Source of the DNA: Trichomonas gallinae
Taxonomy: Eukaryota
Assembly (NCBI GenBank): GCA_008369845.1
Contig: MRSU01000166.1
Span: forward strand, 1-36,280
Reading direction: 5' to 3'
DNA length: 36,280 nucleotides
In this document: positions 1 to 8,918 of the stretch, one piece after another
Layout of the letters: each line of letters starts with the position of its first letter
Numbering within the stretch: position 1 is the stretch's first letter
Position numbers and translations under genes: made by a program
Notes under the pieces: model-generated
Told to the model about the DNA's origin: nothing
Databases searched by the model: none
Seen by the model: the letters and a program-made list of their open reading frames with translations, nothing else

Positions 1-488
1 AATGTGTGGACCAAAAGACTTAAGTTTGTTCAATCGAGCATTTTTGCGAAATAACGGAAAAATATTTGATGGCCCTTTTTAGATTATCTTCATTTCAGCT
101 GTAACTATCATAAATGCTTCTAAAATATATGACATATTATGTATATAAATTCATTATGACCCAAATGAATATTTCATCGTTCAAATTATTAAATGTCGTA
201 ATGGAACTTTCTGGATGATGTTTAGATATGTATATAGCCTATAGTAAAAATACTTTTAGTCAAAAACCCGTATAAGCAACTCTCAACAAAGATTACTAAT
301 ACAGGTTTTTTATAATCAGTGTTTCTAAGTCATACTATTCCTCTATCAGGATAGTAAAATTATATGGAATTGAATCTATACATATACAACAGTTTAATTG
401 ATATTTTATTACTTTTGATTGAAATAATCGATTAAATGGTTAGATAGTATATTTTTAAACACAATAGTAAAACAAACAATAATTCTAC

Positions 489-1598
489 TTATGATTCATA
501 CGATTCCAATATGTTAATTATCTGATTTGAGATAGCTTCGATTTCTTCATCATTAGAATTGAGTGCGAAATACTCCAAATCATCAGTATATTTATTATAG
601 ATTTCTACTACATTTTCCCTGAAATTCTCAAGAATAAACAGAAGAATTGTTAAAATTTTCTTTGTGCATTGAATATCTGCATTTCCCTGAAGAATTTCAA
701 ATAAGTAAACAATAATATTAGATTGTACTAATGATGAAAGTACTTCATCACTCAATTTTGCAATAAATTCAAAAAAGAATCTGATAGAATATTGTTGAAT
801 CCAATATGAGCTATTTTGTAAAAGCTGAAATACTGGAAGTGCAAGTGCATCTTGGTTTCCTATCTCATTTGTTGTTACAATAATAAATCTAAGTCCTTGC
901 CCTTCCCATTCTTTATATTGAACAATTTTATCAAGTGCAAACTGTTGTGTTCCATATTCTAGAATTTGCTGAGGCGTGAAAACTAGATGAATTGCCGTGA
1001 GAACGGAAGGATCATTTATTTCGATCAATCTTTGGTAATGCACAGGTGTATTAAGTAAAACATGTGGATATGAGTAAGATATTGCAATAAAAGCTGAAAC
1101 ATAACCATTTCCACTAAGTTTAAATGCGATTGGAACTATAACATCGCTACTGGGTAATCTACTCTCAATTAATTCAATTATTATTGTTGAAACACCTTTA
1201 ATGTCATAGTGTTCATTGCAGTATGGAAGCAAAAAATTTTGAATAAATTCAATTGGAAGTTGTTTCAAATATTTTGCTACTAAGTAATTCCAGTACTGTA
1301 TATTTCTACTATTTTGTGATATTTGCTCCTGAAAGATGGAAATGAATAATTGAATATCAGATAATTGGAAATCAGTATTGATATCATTTAAAAGAGCCAT
1401 ATATTCATTTGGATATTGGAAATTTGGTAACAAATCACAATAAATTGTGCTATTTTCAACAAAATGATTAATAATTCGTCTTATTTCAGCATGTCGTTGA
1501 AGCTTACTTTGGTCAAGTTCATTCACTTCTTCTTCGTATGTTTTTCTAGCTTTGATAATCTTACTAGAATCAGAAACAGGTTCGCTCTTGAAAGACAA
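489..1598 (-). CDS. Hypothetical alpha-solenoid (ARM/HEAT-like) protein; apparent start codon is TTG
   Basis: 369-codon open frame rich in amphipathic Leu/Ile helices. The first codon (1598-1596) is TTG, a few nt after an Inr-like TCATA; the first in-frame ATG is residue 66. Confidence 0.7.
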   Translation of the reverse strand: MSFKSEPVSDSSKIIKARKTYEEEVNELDQSKLQRHAEIRRIINHFVENSTIYCDLLPNFQYPNEYMALLNDINTDFQLSDIQLFISIFQEQISQNSRNIQYWNYLVAKYLKQLPIEFIQNFLLPYCNEHYDIKGVSTIIIELIESRLPSSDVIVPIAFKLSGNGYVSAFIAISYSYPHVLLNTPVHYQRLIEINDPSVLTAIHLVFTPQQILEYGTQQFALDKIVQYKEWEGQGLRFIIVTTNEIGNQDALALPVFQLLQNSSYWIQQYSIRFFFEFIAKLSDEVLSSLVQSNIIVYLFEILQGNADIQCTKKILTILLFILENFRENVVEIYNKYTDDLEYFALNSNDEEIEAISNQIINILESYES

Positions 1599-1660
1599 TT
1601 AATTATGACGCTTTACAAAAATTTTATGACAAAATTACCAAAATTTGAGGTGATGTGAAT

Positions 1661-1671
1661 TTTACATGTCA
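1661..1671 (-). promoter_or_regulatory. TGACATGTAAA upstream motif (copy 1)
   Basis: Exact 11-mer on the sense strand ~63 nt upstream of the 1598 start; recurs at 4318, 7347, 24044, 27660. Confidence 0.55.
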
Positions 1672-2278
1672 AAATTTGGCAAAATTTGGAAGATTCTATA
1701 ACTGGAAACTTGTTACAAGATTTTGGTGGTTTGCTGCAATGGATCTTTGTGTCTATATGATGTATTAGTGTAATATATGTGATGTATCGGCATGCTAAAC
1801 AATTTTAATTGGTTTTATCTTCATATGAGCTTGTTTGATGATTTTATTAACATATGATGAAATATTATCATAGGCAACATACGTGATCCTTTTGAGTATA
1901 TATAAAGTTTATCCTAAAAGCATCTTTTGTGCCACCTTCTATTTAGAAATCAGTAGTACCTGAAAAGAGAGAGATTTTCATTCAGTTTAATAAGATAATA
2001 GAAATAATACCAAATTTTTGCGTTTTTTTGTACAGCATGCGCTTTATTTTAGTTTATATTCATAACCACAAAGTTCTATATTTGATGTTAATAAAATGAG
2101 CAAATGAATTAAACAAGAAATCAAAATAGCGATGGAACGCCCCTTAATTGTTTTTTAAAGCCCTCATTAATTTGAAATTCTCAAATCAGCAAAATTTTGA
2201 TGGATTTGGGCCCGATTACATATATCGGGCTGATTTATCATAAAATCTGATAACCGATTTTCAGCAAAAAAAAAGACG

Positions 2279-3613
2279 ATGAAAGATCATGAATCGTTAC
2301 TGTCGATTGACTCCGATCAGGACAACCCAAATGTCACTAACAAATGCATGTACAACTTCAGGAAGTGGTCATCCATCTTTTTTGGCGCTTTTTCTTACAT
2401 TTTTGTATATTTTCATAGATTTTCTACCGCTGTGCTTGCTGATGAAATGGCAAAGGATTTCCATGTTCCAAAAGACAAAATAGGCATTTTGGCGTCAATG
2501 TATTTCTGGCCATACGGTTTAATTCAGCCATTTATTGGATCTCTTGCTGATATCATCGAGCCTGGCTACATGATTGGTGCCGCTAACATGATCTCAGCTA
2601 TTGGAACACTAATGTGCTCGTTTTCACCAAATCTTTCAGTCTGCTGCGTTGGTCGATTATTAGTTGGACTCGGATGCAGCGCAATTTTCGTTCCTACAAA
2701 CAAAATCGGTGCAAACTGGTTCTCGGCAAAAGAATTTCGCTTCTTTTCCGGCTGTATGATTGGTGTTGGCGGTGTTGGCTCATTACTTTCTCAATATCCA
2801 CTTTCTTTGCTCGGACACGCTATTGGGTGGCGTACATGCCTCCGTGGTACAGCTGTTTTGAGCTTTTGCCTTAGTATAATTGCATTTTTGTTTGTTAGAG
2901 GACATCCAGCCAAATTCGGCTTCAAAGGACACACAGCACTTCTTCCAACACCAAAATTTGGCGACATTTTCGTCCAACTATTCAAGAATCTTGGCAAGAT
3001 TATTAAAATCGGCAACTTCTGGCTCTTAGCCTTATACATGTTCTTCGCACCAGGTGTTTTCATGGTCGTTTCTTCACTTTGGGGCGTCCCTTACCTTGAA
3101 AATATTCACCATCTTACTAATACAGAAGCAAGCTTCCTTCAAATGTCGCTTTCTGTATCATTAATCATCGGATCTCCAACAATCCCGATCATTGCCGAGT
3201 TCACTCATAGCAGAAAATGGACTTTGTTCGGAGTCTGCGGAATGGCAGGGTTATGCTGCACGTATCTTGCAGTCTGGGGCCAGAATTCGCCAATATGGGT
3301 CATTGGAGTCATGTACTTCCTCTCATGCTACGGTGCATCAGCAAATCAGGGCTGTGCGCTCGCTCTGTTCAAGGAATTCTCAGACGACTCTCTCGCTGCG
3401 ACACTTGTCGGCGGCGGCAACACTCCACCTTTCATCGGCGGCGCAATCCTCCAGATTCTCAGCTCTGCTATTATTGGCACATTCGACCACACGCAGATGA
3501 ACTACCCGAACGAGGCTTACGCACTCGGATTGTGGGGACTTGCAGCTTTATGCTGTTTTCTCGCTATGTTCTTTGTAATGTTCTTGAGAGAACCAAGAGT
3601 TAATTATAAATAA
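2279..3613 (+). CDS. Major facilitator superfamily transporter (12-TM; sugar-phosphate-permease/MFSD1-like)
   Basis: About 12 hydrophobic segments, YFHR in TM1, GSLAD (motif A-like), GRLLVGLG, WF..KE, GWR. Stop TAA is followed by A (TAAA). Confidence 0.9.
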   Translation: MKDHESLLSIDSDQDNPNVTNKCMYNFRKWSSIFFGAFSYIFVYFHRFSTAVLADEMAKDFHVPKDKIGILASMYFWPYGLIQPFIGSLADIIEPGYMIGAANMISAIGTLMCSFSPNLSVCCVGRLLVGLGCSAIFVPTNKIGANWFSAKEFRFFSGCMIGVGGVGSLLSQYPLSLLGHAIGWRTCLRGTAVLSFCLSIIAFLFVRGHPAKFGFKGHTALLPTPKFGDIFVQLFKNLGKIIKIGNFWLLALYMFFAPGVFMVVSSLWGVPYLENIHHLTNTEASFLQMSLSVSLIIGSPTIPIIAEFTHSRKWTLFGVCGMAGLCCTYLAVWGQNSPIWVIGVMYFLSCYGASANQGCALALFKEFSDDSLAATLVGGGNTPPFIGGAILQILSSAIIGTFDHTQMNYPNEAYALGLWGLAALCCFLAMFFVMFLREPRVNYK

Positions 3614-3754
3614 ATAGTTATAGTATATATATATCAACCTATAAATTTGTAATGTTCATGAGAAAACTACGTGTCAATTATAATAAATTCGATCTGCAAA
3701 TAATTTATTTGAAGGCCATTATATGAAAATCAATGATGACCGCTATTTTTAATT

Positions 3755-4200
3755 GTTACGCAATGAGAAGTGACATGACAATTTCTTGTTGGTTAGAACA
3801 TGAAGCAAGAGTCAAATCCGTATTTGTATAATCATTTTTCGCGTTGACATTTATTCCATGAATTGAAAGAAATAATTTAACAACTTCATGATGACTTATT
3901 CTTGAAGCGCAAATTAATGCTGTTTAAATTATTTGATATCTATGTAGCAGCAAAAAGTAAAGTCCACTTCTCTCAATATTGAGACCGTTGTAAAGCTAAG
4001 ACTTTTTTATTATTTTTCTTCCATTCTTCTCCTCCATTTTATGGTTTTTTTCCTATGTAAACATGTTTACAGAAACAGGTGGACTTTACTTTTTGCGAGC
4101 ACTATATTTCAGACATTGTGAGAAATAATTTAACAATTTCATGATAGCCTCATAATGAAGCAATGATCAAAACTGTATTATTGAGTTTGTTTTGTTGCAA
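3755..4200 (-). pseudogene. Decayed ankyrin-repeat gene
   Basis: Minus-strand manual translation gives NNTVLIIASL*GYHEIVKLFLTMSEI* (~4190-4100) and TALICASRISHHEVVKLFLSIHGINVNAKNDYTNTDLTLASCSNQQEIVMSLLIA* (~3925-3755), with in-frame stops. Confidence 0.8.
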
Positions 4201-4317
4201 CATGAACTGAGAAAACGAGCTCAACAATTTGAGAGAATCTATATAATGAGGAGTATCATGCTTTAATCGATTTCTAATGAATCCTATACTTGAAATATGA
4301 TAAGTTGAAAATACTTC

Positions 4318-4328
4318 TGACATGTAAA
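4318..4328 (+). promoter_or_regulatory. TGACATGTAAA upstream motif (copy 2)
   Basis: Exact 11-mer ~33 nt upstream of the primase ATG. Confidence 0.55.
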
Positions 4329-4360
4329 TTGTATTTTGACAAGTAAACTTTTCTAAACGT

Positions 4361-5461
4361 ATGGAGCAAAAAAAATCTATGATAGATGAAGAGTTATTGC
4401 GAAGATATTACAGCGAAAAATTCCCATTCGACGACATAAAGAAATGGATCAGCTACAACGGAAACGAGCCACTAGAAAATCGTGAATGCGCATTTTTCTT
4501 CGATGAGGAAAGATTCATGAGATGGCAGAATTTAGACACACTCAAAAGACTTGCCCTCTCGAATCCTCCTCAACGTATGGAAATTGGCCCAGTTTACACA
4601 CATCCAATCGCAATTCGTCAGCAACAGTCTCCAGGAGAGTTCAGACCTAAATCAAAGGAGCTGATCTTCGATCTCGATGCTGATGACTTCAAAGAAATCA
4701 AATGTTGCTGCGGCGACTCCGAAATTTGCGAAAAATGCTGGCCATACATGAATTGCGCCATTGACGCTCTCACGACAGTCTTACGGAAGAATTTCGGCTT
4801 CAAGAAGATCTTCCCGGTCTTCTCAGGCCGCCGTGGTATCCACATCTGGGTTTGCGACAAAAAAGCAAGAGATCTCACAGCAGCAGTTCGCGACAAGATC
4901 GTCACATATCTTAATCTCAAGAAAATGACAGAAATCGACAATTTCCCGCTAAATTCTTCTCCTCTCCTCAAACAGATGCTTCCTCTATGCGAAAAGTACT
5001 TCTGCCAGATCTACAGAAACCAGAACATCTTCAAGAACTCAAAGACGTCGGAGAGAGCATTCAAGCTTCTCGGCTCTGAGACAATCAAGCAAATCAACAA
5101 GATTCTCGATTCAACACCAGGAACAGACGAAGAAAGGTGGGAAACCATCAAAGTGATGCAATACAAGAGCAAGGCTTTCTGCGAGTCAGATCAATACAAG
5201 AGACTCGTTGTATATTATTCATTCCCACGTTTGGATGAGAACGTTACAAAGGGCATGAACCACTTGCTCAAGAGTCCGTTCTCTGTTCATCCGAAATCCG
5301 GATTCATATCTGTTCCTATTCCACCTGAGAAATATAATATTTTGCCTCAGCTGTGGGTTCCGTCTTTCGAGAAATTGATGAGGAATGATGCAGGTGCAGT
5401 AGAAGTGTTTGAAGAATCCAAGAAATTGCTTGCTGAACATGCAAACAAATTAGATGAATGA
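4361..5461 (+). CDS. PRI1: DNA primase small (catalytic) subunit, archaeo-eukaryotic primase
   Basis: ELIFDLDADD (DxD), Cys cluster CCC..ICEKCW, VFSGRRGIHIWV, PRLD.NVT, HLLKSPFSVHP. Confidence 0.96.
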   Translation: MEQKKSMIDEELLRRYYSEKFPFDDIKKWISYNGNEPLENRECAFFFDEERFMRWQNLDTLKRLALSNPPQRMEIGPVYTHPIAIRQQQSPGEFRPKSKELIFDLDADDFKEIKCCCGDSEICEKCWPYMNCAIDALTTVLRKNFGFKKIFPVFSGRRGIHIWVCDKKARDLTAAVRDKIVTYLNLKKMTEIDNFPLNSSPLLKQMLPLCEKYFCQIYRNQNIFKNSKTSERAFKLLGSETIKQINKILDSTPGTDEERWETIKVMQYKSKAFCESDQYKRLVVYYSFPRLDENVTKGMNHLLKSPFSVHPKSGFISVPIPPEKYNILPQLWVPSFEKLMRNDAGAVEVFEESKKLLAEHANKLDE

Positions 5462-5574
5462 AAATCATGTGTTATAATATTATTTTTATATTTTGTCATA
5501 TTAAAGTTGATGTATGAACATCTTATATTAATATTTTTTCAACTTCATTAAAAGATCTGTAAATAGGAAAAGAA

Positions 5575-5955
5575 TCAATAAATGAAAAAGAATTGTTCTG
5601 AAAAATCAAAAATATCAAATTTATTTCTTGAAATGAGAAGTTTTGGATATAATCATTGTCGTTTGAACTAATAAAATTAAAAGATTATATAAGTGAAATA
5701 AAATGATTTCGAGATATTAATATCAAAATTATAATTCTTGAAATTACAAGTTTTAGATATGTTCATTGTCAATTTTAATAGTAAAAATAAATGTATCGAT
5801 AAATGAAATCGAATGATTATAAAAATTGAAAGATACCAAATTTTGTATCTTGAAATTATAAGTTTTATATAAGATCAATGTTATATTCTTTAATAAAAAC
5901 TAAAATATATATAAGTAAAATTGAATGATTTTTAGGATTGAAAAATATCAAAAAT
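5575..5955. repeat. Degenerate tandem repeat, ~110-bp unit, ~3.5 copies
   Basis: Core TCTTGAAAT..AAGTTTT.(G)ATAT recurs at 5626, 5736 and 5848 (spacing 110, 112), with aligned flanks. Confidence 0.75.
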
Positions 5956-6019
5956 AAAAATTTTGTTTGGTAATAAAAACAATTTGATTTTATTAACATC
6001 AAAAGAAAATAAACAATAT

Positions 6020-7303
6020 TTAAAGGTCAACAAGAACATTATCTTCTTCAATATAATAAACTTTTGGTGCAGAAGGAATTGCGTCATCAAACTCATTTGG
6101 TACCTTTTTAACTGGCTGTTTAGGGCGGTTTTTCAGACGGCTCTGGCGCTGTTTTGCATATTCTGCCATTGCTCCATCTTTGAATGAGAACCAGCCTCTG
6201 CACTGTTGCACAACTTTTGGATTGGCAGCGCATATATTGGCCAGCTCATATATATAACCATTCAATTTCTCCTTTCCGTAAACTTCTGATATTCTTTGAT
6301 ACAATTTCATGTCTTTTGCGAATGGAACCATGTCTTCTTCTGCTATCTTTCTGAGAACAGACAAGATGCACTCGTTAAGATATGAATGTGGTGGTGATTC
6401 AAAGAACTTATCCATGAAATCTGGAATATGTTCGCTAAAAACGCGTAATGAAGCACAAGTTGCGCAATCAAGGTTGTTAGGATCGAATTTGAGCTTCTTT
6501 TCGTACTCTGGACATAGCTGCTGTCTAAGCATTTCTTTCTGATTGAATAATAATTCGAGAAGGACGAAAATTTCTGTTCTAATTAACGGTGTAAATGGCG
6601 AGTTACGCTCCATAACAGCTGCATCAAGGATGTTTCTGAGGATATCTCTTCTCTGGAAAGTTTGCGCCAAAGAAGATTTTTCTTTTATTGCGTCTTTAAC
6701 CATGGAAGCGATATAGAACGCGTTGTCTCCCTTCATAGCTTCTGTCAAACTTGTTGCAAGGGTTCTGAGCTCTTCTTGTGGTAAATGTTGAGAAAAATCT
6801 GTTAATACGCGAGTGAGAAGTTCTCTTGACGCCATGACAATAATATGATCAGCTAAGAATGGGAAAAGTCCATCAATATGTGATAAAAACGCTCCCTGTG
6901 TATATCTTGCTAATGTTTCAGCAATTCTAGCGAAATTTCCAAAAATAAGAGTGCTGTTGTACAGCTCTGGCTTCTGGGGAAACTCCTTGAATGCCTGAAT
7001 AAACTTTTCGTTCTTTGTAATAATATCGTGTAATTTAAAGCAAACAGACGAAAAAACGGAAACTGTGTTTCTTTTTGCCTTGAGGAGGGTTGGGTCTGTG
7101 TCCTTGTCATCACTGAATATGTACTTCAGTGCTATCGTGAGGTTTTCGTCGGTTGTAAGATAATTTACAAGCGGCATCGCTTCATTGCGAACTGTGGGAT
7201 GAATGTCGTTGTGCGTAATTACTGTGTTGTAGTCTGCATTGGGGTTTTCTGTTAGGAATTTAGTTAAATCATTCTCAAAAGGTTGTGGAGTAAATGGAAA
7301 CAT
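6020..7303 (-). CDS. SAPS/SIT4-associated (PP6 regulatory)-like helical protein
   Basis: ATG at 7303 (track start is GTG). N-terminus MFPF...LTKFL...LVNYL resembles the SAPS N-terminus; helical-repeat body; TAAA at stop. Confidence 0.65.
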   Translation of the reverse strand: MFPFTPQPFENDLTKFLTENPNADYNTVITHNDIHPTVRNEAMPLVNYLTTDENLTIALKYIFSDDKDTDPTLLKAKRNTVSVFSSVCFKLHDIITKNEKFIQAFKEFPQKPELYNSTLIFGNFARIAETLARYTQGAFLSHIDGLFPFLADHIIVMASRELLTRVLTDFSQHLPQEELRTLATSLTEAMKGDNAFYIASMVKDAIKEKSSLAQTFQRRDILRNILDAAVMERNSPFTPLIRTEIFVLLELLFNQKEMLRQQLCPEYEKKLKFDPNNLDCATCASLRVFSEHIPDFMDKFFESPPHSYLNECILSVLRKIAEEDMVPFAKDMKLYQRISEVYGKEKLNGYIYELANICAANPKVVQQCRGWFSFKDGAMAEYAKQRQSRLKNRPKQPVKKVPNEFDDAIPSAPKVYYIEEDNVLVDL

Positions 7304-7346
7304 TAATGGCACGTTTTTTTGTTATTTATAAAACTGTTATTGACGA

Positions 7347-7416
7347 TTTACATGTCATAAATTTTAAATTGATATGTTTACACGTCAAAATTAATATAAT
7401 TGGAATTTACATGGCA
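7347..7416 (-). promoter_or_regulatory. TGACATGTAAA motif (copy 3) plus two variants at ~30-bp spacing
   Basis: On +: TTTACATGTCA 7347, TTTACACGTCA 7377, TTTACATGGCA 7406, upstream of the 7303 ATG. Confidence 0.55.
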
Positions 7417-7879
7417 GAAAAAAATTAATGAATTGATTGAAATCAAAAGAAGGAGAATTATTTTATCATGCTAAACAATTACAAAGTGAAGACGAGTTTG
7501 TATCCTTAATGTATACTATTTGGTATTGTTATATCAACATTTTAATTCAACAAGAAATTAATTTTACATGACAGATTATCACTTTTGCTCAATATTTATT
7601 TGCCTTTTCTAGACGTTTTTGACCTAAACGTTGTTAGCAAAAAGTGAAAATACTAAAGTGTTCATTTATCTTATGCAAAATACCCGGGAACAAAAAATGA
7701 TATGTATATACGATTATTTTCAATTCAAAAACTATCGTCTAAGGATGGAAATAATCATATATAACATAATGGACAATTTGATAACATAAAAGCATGCATA
7801 TTCGCGCCAGTAATTTTCATGTGGTAAAAGACAATTTACTGATAGTTGATACTATTTAGATGATTTGGTAAAAAAAAAT

Positions 7880-8600
7880 CCAACTAAAAATTTCTTTTAC
7901 AAAATCTATGAAATTTTGGGGATATATCCTTTGCTGAGGACCAAGAGGCTTTGCTATACTCAATTAATGAGAGTTATTGTTATGGTATAAACCAAAACAA
8001 TGAAACTATTATAGATCATTCAATGATGAGTGGGAATTATAATATTCCTCGTTTCATGATTGAAAAGGTGCAAATTTCATCTCTAGTCGTAGTTTCTTCT
8101 ATTGTAGCGATATAGAATTCTAAATTCCGCACATTGATGTCAATGCAAAAGGAACATATCATGAAATAGCCCTAATTCTTGCTGCAAGAAATAACCATGC
8201 TGATATTGTCAAATTCCTTTTAACGATTCCTAGCATCAATGTCAAAGATAACTCTTCTGATGAGTCAGCTTTAACTATTGCTTCATAGTTTAATCTCCCC
8301 CGAAATCGTCCAAATTATTCTAACACATCTTGATATTGATGTCAACACAAGAACTAGTAATGGTGGTACAGCATTAACCACTGCTGCATGATATTGAAGT
8401 TGTTGAACTCCTTGTCAAAGTTCCTAGAATTGAAGCTAACACTCAAAACGATTACAACAGTACAGCTTTGATCACTGCTTCAAGTTTTGGATATCTTGAT
8501 ATTGTCAGACTCCTTCTCACAATTCCTGGAATCAATGTCAACAAAAAAGGCCATAATAACAAAACGGTTTTGGAGAAACTCCCCAACTCTTGTGCATGGC
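7880..8600 (+). pseudogene. Ankyrin-repeat pseudogene with stops and frameshifts
   Basis: Fragments IDVNAKGTYHEIALILAARNNHADIVKFLLTIPSINVKDNSSDESALTIAS* (TAG 8286), GGTALTTAA* (TGA 8389), and STALITASSFGYLDIVRLLLTIPGINVNKKG lie in different frames. Confidence 0.88.
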
Positions 8601-8918
8601 AACAAAAACCAATGCTAAAAACCAAAAGAAAAAAGTTAAATACCAGAATATTAGCATCAAGACGAGCCAAAGATCCTCCTGCAATTGGGGAGTAAATAAA
8701 ATTTTATTTAATTTCATGATTCTTAAAATTGTTGAAAATGTAATAAATTTTCATGCTCATTCACTAAGTTTTCGTAGTTGAAATAATAAATGAAAACGTT
8801 TATAATGAAGCAATCTTATTTAATATTGTTTCATTCTTTGGTATTAAATTTAGATAATGAGTGAAAAGACTTTAAGTGATTTTATTTATGAATATAAATA
8901 TTGTTCATTATAAAATAA

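Noticed and set aside
1..360. Possible ankyrin/DUF3447 remnant (IVKILLVKNP-like fragment)
   Set aside because: Too short and degenerate to support.
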